A stretch of 64,000 bases of DNA from Phoronis australis (taxonomy: Eukaryota > Animalia > Phoronida). The stretch lies in contig NMRA01000541.1 in the NCBI GenBank assembly GCA_002633005.1, positions 200,213 to 264,212 of the forward strand. The letters are read 5' to 3'. This document shows, one piece after another, positions 53,171 through 64,000 of the stretch. Numbering within the stretch: position 1 is the first letter of the stretch; the number at the start of each line of letters is the position of its first letter. Both the position numbers and the translations under genes were made by a program. The notes beneath the pieces are model-generated. The model saw only the letters and a list, made by a program, of their open reading frames with translations. It was not told the origin of the DNA and made no database searches.

Positions 53171-53399
53171 TCTGGCATGGGCTTGTGCGTCGCGCGAGAG
53201 TGCGGAATTTCAATGTGGCATTAGGGCGTTCTCCCGTTTAATGACTTTATTAGACCATGAGCTACATAGACTTGATGGTGACAGTGATTACAGAACCTTT
53301 GCAAAACTCCAGCAATTTACTCGAATAAACAGCCTGTATTTCCCCTGTGTTTACTGTCAGATGCAGTGGATCCTGGGATGTAGACGTTGGAGAAAAATC

Positions 53400-54335
53400 T
53401 CCGAATTTGAATATCTGAGACACTTTGAGAAGAAGTTGGACAATTTCAGAATATTTTTAAAACTGTGTTATATGCAAACACGTGCCCTAGAAATCCAGAC
53501 GAGAAGTATGTAGTTTTGTGCAGAAATGTGTCAACGACGGGAGAAGCTGTTTTTTTAAGAAGTTGAGACAACAAGTGGCCAGGGAGTGCTCTCTGTTTAG
53601 GCTTGCCGATGGCCAAAGCCGCACTATAAGGCACGAGGAGTGTCCGACTTTGATTCATGGCACAAATTAAAAGTGTGCATATTGTGTGAAGTTTCACTCT
53701 GTACTGAAAACAAAAGTGCTTCGCTTAAGCAGAGAAAACAAGCAAAAACATCTCCTGTCTCCCAAGTGCCTTTGTGCCATCGTCTTTCAGATGAGTTGTA
53801 GGAACGTTGCTCAAATGTGAAATTCTCACAAAAGAATGAAAGAAACATGATATTGAAAAATTTATTGAAAACTATAAAGAGGGAGAGAGAGATCGAGTCA
53901 GGAAGTTTCTGAAAGTGTGCATAATCACCTTAAAGAGGTGATTGCTGAAAATGATGAAGAAGTTTCATCAGGATTTCCAAAAGACTCTGTCCAGCTCATG
54001 CTTTGAGAAGAACACAACAAATGTGTTCTTTGAAAAACAGCAAGTCTATGCGGTGGCACCAAGTGATGGTGAAATGGTGTTTATAACTTAAGTCCATTTC
54101 ACATTCGGCATATCTGTTCATTGCAAATTCTGGTTTCCTATCTTTACATTCAACAAGGACATTGTATGACTATGGGCAGCACTCGGCCCTCATGTCGGGT
54201 GCAATAGACATACAGTTTCTACGTCAGTAGATGGATGCCATTTAGTTTGACTCCCTTCCAGTTCACAAAACGAATATTGTGTTTCTGTTTGACGAAGTTA
54301 AGGTCAAGTCAGATCTCATTTACTCGAAATCATAG
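53400..54335 (+). mobile_element. Decayed P-element/THAP9-type transposase fragment
   Basis: From 54048: MRWHQVMVKWCL*LKSISHSAYLFIANSGFLSLHSTRTLYDY...NIVFLFDEVKVKSDLIYSK, matching the P-type transposase N-terminal core (RW...LPS.RTL...FDE). In-frame stops are present. The left boundary is approximate. Confidence 0.75.
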
Positions 54336-54456
54336 GTTATGATTGTAAGACAGGATAATTAAATGAACATCCGCCATTGCCTTCGTACTTCTGTGTTTGG
54401 CGGGACCTCTTCCGGTTCCGCCTCGTATTGTCGGCCGAGAATTAAACTCGTTCAAC

Positions 54457-55680
54457 TCACAGGCGTCCTCAGCTTCTGATCGTCCCCAATACACTACATA
54501 TAATACTACAAGGTATGACACTCCCGACCAGAAATTCCACGGGTGCTTCACTTCAGCCGTCTATAGCAAACATAAAACTCAATAAATTTACACAAAACAG
54601 GGGTTCAACAAACCATGAAGAATTGTTCTTTCTCCCAATGCCATTCACGGTGTCCTGTTACGGCGACTTCGTAAGAAATTCGCAGTCAAATAACAAAAAT
54701 GTTCACAAAAAGCCCCCACACACGTCCTCCCTGGGCCCGTCGAGGTCAAGGACGGTACGGAAATTGCCGCTTTGTCGCGTAAAGTCACGATGTCGCTACT
54801 TCCGTAACTCACCGGCAATTTCCGTAAGTTGTCCGTACAGTACAAACAATTTTGTCCAAATGTTGCATATTAAAATAGTATCTGTGGTAGCTGCAAGGTC
54901 TGAATGAGGCAAAATACAGTAACAAAACAGCCATCGTGTCAGTGAGTATACTGCCGTAAGTTGATTTTGGGTAATCAATTCTTGTGCAGGTAACGTGAAT
55001 ATAACAGATGATTACTTTACAATCCAGGTATGTATTTAAACTATTGTGAGGACAAATTTCTTTGAAAACCGCCGTTCGCAAAAACTGCATGGAAAGCCAG
55101 CACAAGTGAATAGCAGTGGTTTGTGACTGATACAGTAGTGTATGGTGTATCTTTGCACCGCTCACCAGGAAACAGCCAAAGCAATTAATGATATAGACTA
55201 GCAACCGTACTATAATCTAAAACAACGACGCTTCTAAAATCATGATGCAGTTTGAGTGTTAAGTTACCTTTTATACCTACTAATATACAACACACAGCTA
55301 ATTACATCGCTCCAGCGATCCTGACCACAGGCGTCCTCAGCTTCTGATCGTCCCCAAGTACACTATATATAATACTACAAGGTACTGATGACACTCGGGA
55401 CAAGGAATTCCACGAGTGCTTCACTTCAGCCGTCCATATCAAACACAAAACTCAATAAATTTACGTGAAACGGGGTTTCAACAAAGCAGTAGCAATTGTT
55501 CTGTATTCTAATACCATTTACGATGTCTTTCTCAAGCGATTTCGCAAAAACTCGCGGTCAAAGCACAGAAATGTTCCCAAAAAGCCCATGCGTTCGTCCT
55601 CCTTTGACGGTTCGAGGTCAAGGACGGTACGGAATTATCCCCTTACGGATGGACGGCATTGCCGGTTCATCACGGAAGGT
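54457..55680. repeat. Two diverged direct copies (~330 bp) of a repeat at ~54457 and ~55326
   Basis: cacaggcgtcctcagcttctgatcgtccccaa...gaggtcaaggacggtacggaa is present twice. Confidence 0.85.
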
Positions 55681-57048
55681 TACGGCCGGAATCGTCGGGC
55701 TATGTGTGGAGTTATCGATGTCTTGACTTTCTGTAACTGATCATCCTCCCAACTTGTTGTTGGGCTATACAATCGAATAAGTTGGGCTCAACGGGAAAAC
55801 GCCGTAATGAACGTGCGATTCAGTCGGGAACCACACTTTGTTTGGCACATTTCAAGGAAACGTGTTTCGACCAAACACAAAAGCCGGGCGTTATGATGAA
55901 GAACTCGCTACCTTGTAAGTGTATTTCCAAATTTTATAAATAATGGAAAAATACTTCCAGTCTAGGGCGAATGCCAGTCCCTCGACCTTAGCCCAGATCG
56001 AGTGCTTCGACATGAAGGCTTATCCATTGTGTTTAGACCGTGCTCATTCCATCATGGCAATTGACCTATCGCCAGAATTTTGAGTGACGTACGACTTATC
56101 TGACAATTTAGAACTCATCATTCTTGACACACCTTTGTTTCCAAGCAGCCATTTTCCCCGACAAACAACACGTTGCCGGGTAAAACTTATTGTTTGTAGT
56201 TAGTCAACATTACGCAAGGGTGCGGAGCTTGCGATAGGTCAATAGTGAATACGAGTGTCTGTATGATAATTGTCCAATTCTTGCTCGAAATCATCCTCGT
56301 CGTCTGATCTACTGTATTCCGCCATTGCAGAAATTGTCAAGTGGCCTAACGTCTTCCACTCATTACACTGCAGCGTACTCTAGTCCTGTTAAGAACACAC
56401 GAGTTGTCATTTTCTTTGTTCATCGGTATTTTATCCCGGTTCATACAAACACGACATACGCCATTTGGCCGGAAACTTGGAAATAATAAATTTTTCTTCA
56501 AAATTATAAATCGCAACTATTTGGCACAAAAAGTGCATGTTTAATTAGATTTTATGGTATTCATTTCATATTAGCTAACTGAAACCCCAGAAACTGATAA
56601 AATGCATGGTAGGAACTCTTTTAAGAACCATTTGGCGCTTCATGCAAATCCATTTTGCTACACGCAAATCTTGAGATTTTGTCAACGGTAAGTTTCGGCA
56701 GTAATCTTTTCTCAACGTTAAACAAATGCAAACTTGTAATTCGCCAGTTGCGACAAGTTTTGCAAACGTGAACATTTATGCAGTGACAAAGTGCATAAAC
56801 TTCATATGCAAAGTTCGCTTTGTCACACCATACTGTGTTGCGCAGAGACATGCCAAAGTCGCAGTGCATTCATGGCTGTGTGACTGCTTTCGAAAACTTG
56901 TACTGTACCAGAGTATGGTATACGAGTTAGAGAGTTTGTTATTTGGAATAAATATTTATTTTCATTAAATCAATTAATATTCCAAAACCCCTGAGTTAAA
57001 ATTTTCATACATAATTTCTTCACTTAAAAACGACAAAGACAACGCCAA

Positions 57049-57174
57049 TTATGTCTGGCATACGCTTTCTATCTCTTTATTGTCAGGGTCCGCGTCCAAA
57101 TAATACATCGTTTTCCACTTGGGCTTGAATGCGTAGTAACCCATTGTATTCCCGTCACTGTTTCGGCAACCATT
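57049..57174 (-). CDS. Pancreatic lipase / PLA1 family gene, last coding exon
   Basis: ttttcag|AAT phase-0 acceptor. NGCRNSDGNTMGYYAFKPKWKTMYYLDADPDNKEIESVCQT* fits the C..MG..A....YYL end of the lipase N-terminal domain. AATAAA lies on - at about 56955-56960. Confidence 0.82.
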   Translation of the reverse strand, partial: NGCRNSDGNTMGYYAFKPKWKTMYYLDADPDNKEIESVCQT

Positions 57175-58467
57175 CTGAAAAACACTGAAATGTTTGGATG
57201 TCCGTATGTATAAGTGTGTTGGTAATTTATAAGGTAAGTGGGTGTCAATATTAGACTTTTGAGGCAAAAATAGGTGAGTGGGGTAAATATACATCTCCCA
57301 ATCATTTCGGAATTGTGGACTGAAATTCACGAGAAGTCTCTTTTCACACACTCTTCACTATATCCGTCGGCCTCAAACACGCAAACTCTGCCGAAATTGC
57401 GAGGTCTAACTCATTTTCTGTTTCACCTGTTGTCTGAGTGTCATCTTTACTCAAATCTTCATACCTGTCTTCATAATATCCGTCAAGCTCGATTTCTTAG
57501 TCTTCTTCACTTACAAAATCATTAATACGCCATTGCATATATGCTGTCAACTGATCAACGTGGCGAGAAATAAAAAAAACTATATTTTTTTTTTAAATTT
57601 AAAATTCATTATTTTTTTCAAAACTAAATATTTTTCTAGTAAGATATTATGTTATGAATTTCTTATACACGGTCTAAAACCTCAAAAGTGTAAACATTCA
57701 TAGAACTGAGGTATTCGTCTCAACGCCTCGCGAGGTAAAATCCTAACGATTCATTTTGCTGCAAACGTGAACTGTAACCTGAGCTGATTTGCCTTAGAGG
57801 AGTGTTGCTCTCCGTTAGCGTTGGCTCGTATCACTGGATATCATTCGCGCTAACAAAATAAAAGTCTTAACTTTGCTGAGCATTTCAAACTACATAGTGA
57901 AGTATCATAGTCTTGATTTTGGTACTGTATTTCTGGCTGAAAGAAACAGTATTTAGAGTGGTTTGATCGTGTTCACAATACACACTTGTATCCTTCAATG
58001 TGTTTGAATGACATTGAATTTGATACCGATATATTAGCCGCTATTTTCAAGGATTAATCGGAAACATCGGGACTCTCCATGCAGTTTAAAGTAAATTTCT
58101 TTTCGTTTCAAATTAAAAAAGTTCTATCAAACGCTGACCATTTTGACTTTTTGTCTCAACATGCAATGCGCAATTTTGTCATTAATTTGGAAACCTCAGG
58201 GTGTTGACTATAAAGTGAATGAAAACATGGCGACTTGGACAGAAGACGCATGCGCGCATACATAATCTGTGGAAAGGAAAGTTAAAACTGTGTTCAGAAG
58301 AAAGAAATTTTAATTCTTACGTATTTCGAAACTGGTGAATTTGGGTTTTTTTAGGCGATTCATTCACAGGTCTTAAAGACTTTGCGACGACGTTCTTTTG
58401 TCTGAAATTGTTTTCGTGTTCCATGACTTTAAGATTGACTTACCATGCAAGCTATTATTTCACTCAC

Positions 58468-58733
58468 TTTAAATCGTTTGTAGTTGGTGCATATATAACT
58501 GCGATAACCGCAGCCACCGGCACGAATGGACATGATGTAAAAGTGGTGCGGATGGGAGTGTTCTCTAATCTTCAGTACCGTCGGGTTTGAGCCGCCATTG
58601 GGATAAAAATCCGCGTGTCCTTTTTCCCCGTAAGACACAAGAGTGTGGATTTCATCTACGAAATCCGCATCAGAGGGATCCAATGTGTCGTCAATATTAT
58701 TCATGTTGAAGCCAAACTCTGCTGTATCCAATC
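58468..58733 (-). CDS. Pancreatic triacylglycerol lipase / PLA1 family gene, exon carrying the catalytic Asp and putative catalytic His
   Basis: cttttag|GA acceptor and AAA|gtgagt donor. GLDTAEFGF...LDPSDADFVDEIHT...GHADFYPNGG are pancreatic-lipase-family motifs. I could not find the GxSxG exon in the window. Confidence 0.9.
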
Positions 58734-59046
58734 CTAAAAGAATGCAACATCCCCAATTATACTTTTTATAATTTATTATAAATACCAATTTTTTAAAATT
58801 ACAAAAGTTCCAGTACGATTCATTTTTAATTGAAATGTATTTTCATAGTCTTAGTTTCAAGTAAATATTGAAAACCTGAAATAAAGTGTTTTAATGTTTC
58901 ATGTTTGATTACTCCTTGTACACTTTTACACTCTTTTAGGAATCTATATATAGTCATTGAATCTCTATAGTCATTGAAACGCATCTAAAGCCACTGTATA
59001 CCCGCCTTTCATCACTAAACCAACTTTCGATTTAACGACATAAGTC

Positions 59047-59193
59047 TCAAATTGTCCCTCACTCAAACTGTCCCTCACTCAAATTGTCCCTCACTCAAAT
59101 TGTCCCTCACTCAAATTGTCCCTCACTCAAATTGTCCCTCACTCAAATTGTCTCTCACTCAAATTGTCCTTCACTCAAATTGTCCCTCACTCA
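59047..59193. repeat. 16-bp minisatellite (tcaaattgtccctcac), about 9 copies
   Basis: Tandem units are visible. Confidence 0.95.
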
Positions 59194-59232
59194 ACTGGAA
59201 AGTGATTCAGGGCTTCAAAAGGACCGACAGCT

Positions 59233-59458
59233 CGTTATTCGTTGTTACATGAGGCTAAACTCTACATTATTTGTTATTACATGATGCTAAACTCTACGTT
59301 ATTCGTTATTATATGAGGCCAAACTCTACGTTATTCGTTATTACATGAGGCTAAACTTTACGTTATTCGTTATTTCATTAGGCTAAACTCTACGTTATTC
59401 GTTATTACATGAGGCCAAACTCTACATTATTCATTATTACATGAGGCCAAACTCTACG
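59233..59458. repeat. 32-bp minisatellite (tacatgaggctaaactctacgttattcgttat), about 7 copies
   Basis: Tandem units are visible. Confidence 0.92.
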
Positions 59459-61799
59459 AGTTGGCGTCATGCCAACTAATGCTGGAATAGTATCAAAAAT
59501 AAACAAACTGTCAATTCTTTGCGAAGACACAAACAACTTGCAGTCATGTATCTATAATTGTTAGACTGAAGATGGGCGCGTAACCGCTTTAGCAATACTT
59601 ATAGCTGTTTCATAATTAACTTATACTGTAATTACATAAATGAATTAACTTTTAAGCCAAGGCTGATAGTCGGGACCTACTGACTGGACTTGCATGAATA
59701 TAGATTTCGTTACACAAAAATGGACAGATAGCATAGATTCATAATCAATGGTATTTACGCACTCATTAATTCCTTCGACAAATTTAGTCATTCTGAAACG
59801 TTCATTCTTATCGACCCTCATCCAGGTATGGCTTTATTTATAGTACGCCTGATCAGCAGTGAGATGAGACGACGCTTAAAACGAGCGTTCATAAAGACGT
59901 CGTAGTATTGTCATGCAAATCCGGTCACTCACTTGTGATCATCAGGAGTGTAGAGAGAAAGGTGATGTAAATTACAAGTCACGTGATTGTATGTCATGAT
60001 TAGCATAAGACCAATCGCCAGTTTCTTAGCTCAACAGAATAGTTAGACCAAGTCGTTATCTTGTTGCGTAATGCGCTTCACGTAGCACCATCATCATAGA
60101 ATAAATACTATGGCACGATGGCGCTAAGAGAATTGTCATTCTAAAAGCACAGTGCTGGGTAAAATTCTGTAATGCTAGGACCTCGCTAAAATCTAGGCAA
60201 AATGATGTGTTCCCAATTCAAATACACGGCAATATCTCACGTAATCTTGCGAAGTCTTGCTTTTTTGGATCTCGTCACATCTTTTGGTGCAATTTTCCTG
60301 TTCACCATGTATTGCGATGATGAATCCTAAGGATATCTCAAGCTGTATTCACAAAAACTGACAATTTTTACAATATTACACATTTGTCTATCGGGGAACT
60401 TCCAATACGTATCGTGTAGCGAGAAAAAAATAGCAGAATCACCTTGGAACCGCACAACAGCGCAGAAATTTGTTAACTCCTTATCCGAGGTCAAAGGTTG
60501 CGGTGCTGTCACTCAAATCGAATCTCCGCCACACAGAGCAACTCCGTATAAGCTCTCAGCCCTTTCATTCGCCGAGCTAGTCGCCATAATATTGCGCTTA
60601 CGACGTATGCACTGACATGATAGAAAGATGCCGGACAAAACGAAAACAGAACGTAGCTTTGAACCGGAGTTGTGTGGCTGTATGCGGCGCACCACCATTG
60701 AGAACGAATGTTACGAGTCGCCCCATGCTCCAGTGATTTTATGTTCATGAACACAGCTAGTTGTGAAAAGAGAAAAATGCTCTCCCAAATTTCTTAATTC
60801 GAATAATTTGACATTTCTCTGTTTCGAACTCATGCTCACGACGTGTTTTAATCACCGATTCGATTTCTGTATCCACGGTACTTGGTTTTCATGAGTCTTT
60901 CAGCGTGTGGTGGGTTAACAATGTACTTGGAAGAAAAACGGCTGGCCTTCTTTAAAGTGAACCACAATGCACCAGCTTAATAATGCTGGCTCCGCCCGTG
61001 TCCCAGCTGGAGTCATCTTCTTCTTCTTCTTCTTCTTCAGCGTTCCCGGCCATGTAGTTTAGATGGTCACTAGTCCGGCCTTCTGGGCAAAGTCTGCGGC
61101 AGTGGCGCATTTAGGGGGAGGGGCAAGGAGGCCATGTCCCTCCAAAATTTTCCCAGATTCCATTTGGGAGTTCAGGGGTGCGAATGTCTGACGTACAAAA
61201 AATCCTGGATCCGCATCTGTGCGGTTCGCCGCAATGACGCTGTCGGGCCCCACAGTCAAAGCGTTGGAGACTGACTTGGTTTAAATTAAATGTTTTGTGA
61301 TAATTAATTTAATTACACACTGCAACTCCAGATGACATTGCGCGTAAATGTTGAAATAATAAACGTGGCTAAGGGATGTTTTCCTCTCTTATCTAAAAAT
61401 ACCGCATTTGATTACACATGGAGATAATCTAACAGGAACTGTTCCGGTTGCCATCAGTTTTGGCCTGACCTTCCACTGTTTGCATTGCGTTATAAGTGAT
61501 GGCATCAGCAATAGGTACACAACAGCTCAGCTTTCAACAATGTCTTGTCGACGTCGATCACAAATACGGTGATGACGAGGTTGAATTTCTGGTGCTTTTC
61601 CTCGAAGCCAATATACCCTTGGATACGTGAATGACGTCCAAGTGATAAGGGCGTTCTCTCATTCAGTGACTGTACCTGATATATAGAGCGTTTCTAGCTC
61701 CTTTATTACCTATCGAGCGCAATCTTTTGTCTGGTATGACAACACGCAGGCATGCGTATTCCTGACCACGTGACTATGAACACAGTCAAACCCAGTGCG

Positions 61800-63604
61800 T
61801 TGGTACTTTCGGACAAAATAAATTGTCTTAACGTTGTAATTGGGCGATTTTAGTGATTCAAAAATATAACATGATCAGCAGTTGACGGAAAATTCAGAAA
61901 TGTTATTGGTTTATGTTCAAACATTTTATAATCCCCAGCAGACAGTCTTTAAATGGTTCTAAAAATAGGCATGGAGATTCCTTCATCGAATTTTGTATTG
62001 ACTCAAGTTTTGTGTTCTCAATGGGCGTATATGTCCCGAACAAGATAACTATACATTCGTATCTGGAAGGGGTTCTTCTGTTGTTGACTACATCCTTACG
62101 CAACATGAAAATTAATCCAATTGTCTGAAATTTGAAATTTACACACCCGTACCATTGGTAGATAAATTTGATCTTCTGAGTGAAGTTTCTAGCGTTTGCC
62201 ATATGCCACATCATTCTTTACTTGCCCTGGATTTTCCGTACATTATAATGGCAACCTTTCACAATTAAATGAAACTTGCATCGATTCCCCAAAGAGATAT
62301 AAAGTTCGGTCAATTCCAGTAGACTTTATGAATTCTGAAATTTTTAATACTGCTATGCGAGAATTACTTAATTCTATTTTGGTCCGCAGAGCAACCCAAG
62401 AAAACATTGACTGTATGTACAGTAGGTTTTGTAAGTGTATATTTGATGAGATGGACAGAAAATTATTTTGTTCTAACTCAAAGAAGGTGAAAAGTAAATT
62501 TAAAACAAGCAAACCCTATTGGTGTGCTGAATTGTCCGAGCTTTGGAAAAACGTAAGTTTAAAAGAAAAAAAAAAAATGAAATGCAGCGGCTCTCGAGAA
62601 GAACGCTCTTTACTGAGACACCAATTTCAAAATGCCCAGGATCTATTTGATAAAGTCCACAGGAGGATCGAAAGAAAATTTTTGAGAGATCAAGTTGACC
62701 TCATAGAATCCTTAAATTTCAATAACTCAACAGACTTTTGGAAGTACATTAAGAACTTGGGCCCACCTTTTAGAAAGACAATACCCATGGAGGTATACGA
62801 TGACACTGGAAATGCAGCGGCTCTCGAGAAGAACGCAATAACCAATATGTTTTTAATAAATGGAAGAACGAGTATGAATCTTTATACAATGGTCTAACTG
62901 TAAATAATTTTGACAGGGGATTTTATGCCGATATGGTTCTCATAAAAGCTCATCTCGAGTCGTTTAATAATTTTGACTTTGATGAAAATAGTATTTTGAA
63001 TAAAAATATTACTCGCGATGACGTAATGCGGGTAGTGATGAAATCTAAATACAGTAAAGCAGTAGGAATTGATCATATATGATACCGCTATTGACCTTTT
63101 GACGTATTTGTTCCAAATGGTTTTTCGTTACAGTATGGTTCCTAGTTTATGGGCTAATTCCGTTATTATGCCTATTCCAAAGGGGTCAGAGAAGGACGCG
63201 CGCGTCCCGCTGAGTTATAGAGGTATCAGCTTGTTGTTTAACGTATACAAGTTTGTAGTAGTGTATTGAACAATAGACTGGTTGAGTACGCGGAGGAAAA
63301 CGGGCTCCTTGTTGATGAGCAAAATGGCTTTCGTCGTGACAGAGCATGTGTTGATCACGTCTTTGTTTTAACCTCGATTATACGTAATCGCTTGAATAAC
63401 AAACAATCCACATTTGCGACTTTTATTGATAAGCAAAAAGCTTTTGCTTGGGTAGATAAAAATAGTTTACTTTTTAAAATGTTGGATCTTATGATAGTTT
63501 GAAAGCTTTATGAATCGGTTAAAAATATTTATGCCAAAACTCAATCCTGTGTTAAGATTAATAGTACCTTTACGGACTGGTTTTATACATCTTGTGGAAG
63601 CTAA
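61800..63604 (+). mobile_element. Decayed non-LTR retrotransposon (LINE, RTE/RTEX-like) ORF2 fragment: end of the APE endonuclease plus RT N-terminus
   Basis: GSSVVDY (APE end), KPYW, FWKYIK, PIPKG..D.RVPLSYRGISLL and EQNGFRRDRACVDHVF...FIDKQKAF. Multiple frameshifts; truncated before the YADD motif. Confidence 0.9.
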
Positions 63605-64000
63605 TTGTCAATCAGGAAAAATGACATTTCACTCGTTAAATATATTTATGCGAGAATATGGACTCGTCCCTCTTATACCCCCTTCTTTCGGACTGGTCCA
63701 ATAACCCCTTGTGTAGATTCGCATGCGGTCCTCGGCTCCTGCTCTCAAGGCACTAGGACATTCCATTTCCAGCCTCACTATTGGTTCGTTTGTTTTACTG
63801 CCACGAGTTTGGTCAGCTCCTGGCTCCCGTCCTGTGTTATGAAGTAGTAACCTTTAGTGGGCGGTACTACCCACCCATCTCTCCTGTCCACTTCATGCCC
63901 GTGGGTTCCTCAATCACCCTCTCAGTGTTCGTTTCCCCTTTGGTTTCCAACTCCGTCGTCCTAACCCCCTCCCTCAACCTCCCCGCCCCCTTTTCCCGCC

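Noticed and set aside
60200-61000. Faint THAP-like peptides on - (TNFCAVV..., HGEQ..., WIQK)
   Set aside because: Too fragmentary, and spread over several frames with no termini, to support a call.
59460-61700. Upstream lipase exon containing GxSxG
   Set aside because: No GHSLG-like motif in the minus-strand segments I translated. It probably lies beyond the window.

Overview
AT-rich, repeat-dense animal genomic DNA, probably from a marine invertebrate such as a lophotrochozoan (inferred from the repeat families). It has two N-gaps and three spliced protein-coding genes that I reconstructed by hand from GT-AG boundaries with consistent phase. (1) The 3' part of an SLC16/monocarboxylate-transporter gene on + (exons 1409-1552, 22832-23911, 25117-25319), whose ~21-kb intron is packed with transposons. 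(2) A convergent soluble guanylate cyclase beta-1-type gene on - (exons 52101-51566, 46794-46557, 46106-45960, 43458-43304, 33270-33150). It has PAS/H-NOBA, coiled-coil and catalytic domains, but I can find no H-NOX heme-domain exon in the window. (3) The last two exons of a pancreatic-lipase-family gene on - (58733-58468, 57174-57049), which lacks the lid, has a short beta9 loop and has no C-terminal PLAT domain. Most other sequence is mobile DNA: Kolobok-like TTAA elements with THAP remnants, a P-element-like element with a 7-bp TSD, a 4.3-kb TA-flanked pogo/Tc1-like element, two Helentron/HINE-like elements carrying periodic CTCF-like motifs, foldback MITEs, a P-type transposase relic, a decayed LINE and minisatellites. 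No rRNA, tRNA or CRISPR array is supported.
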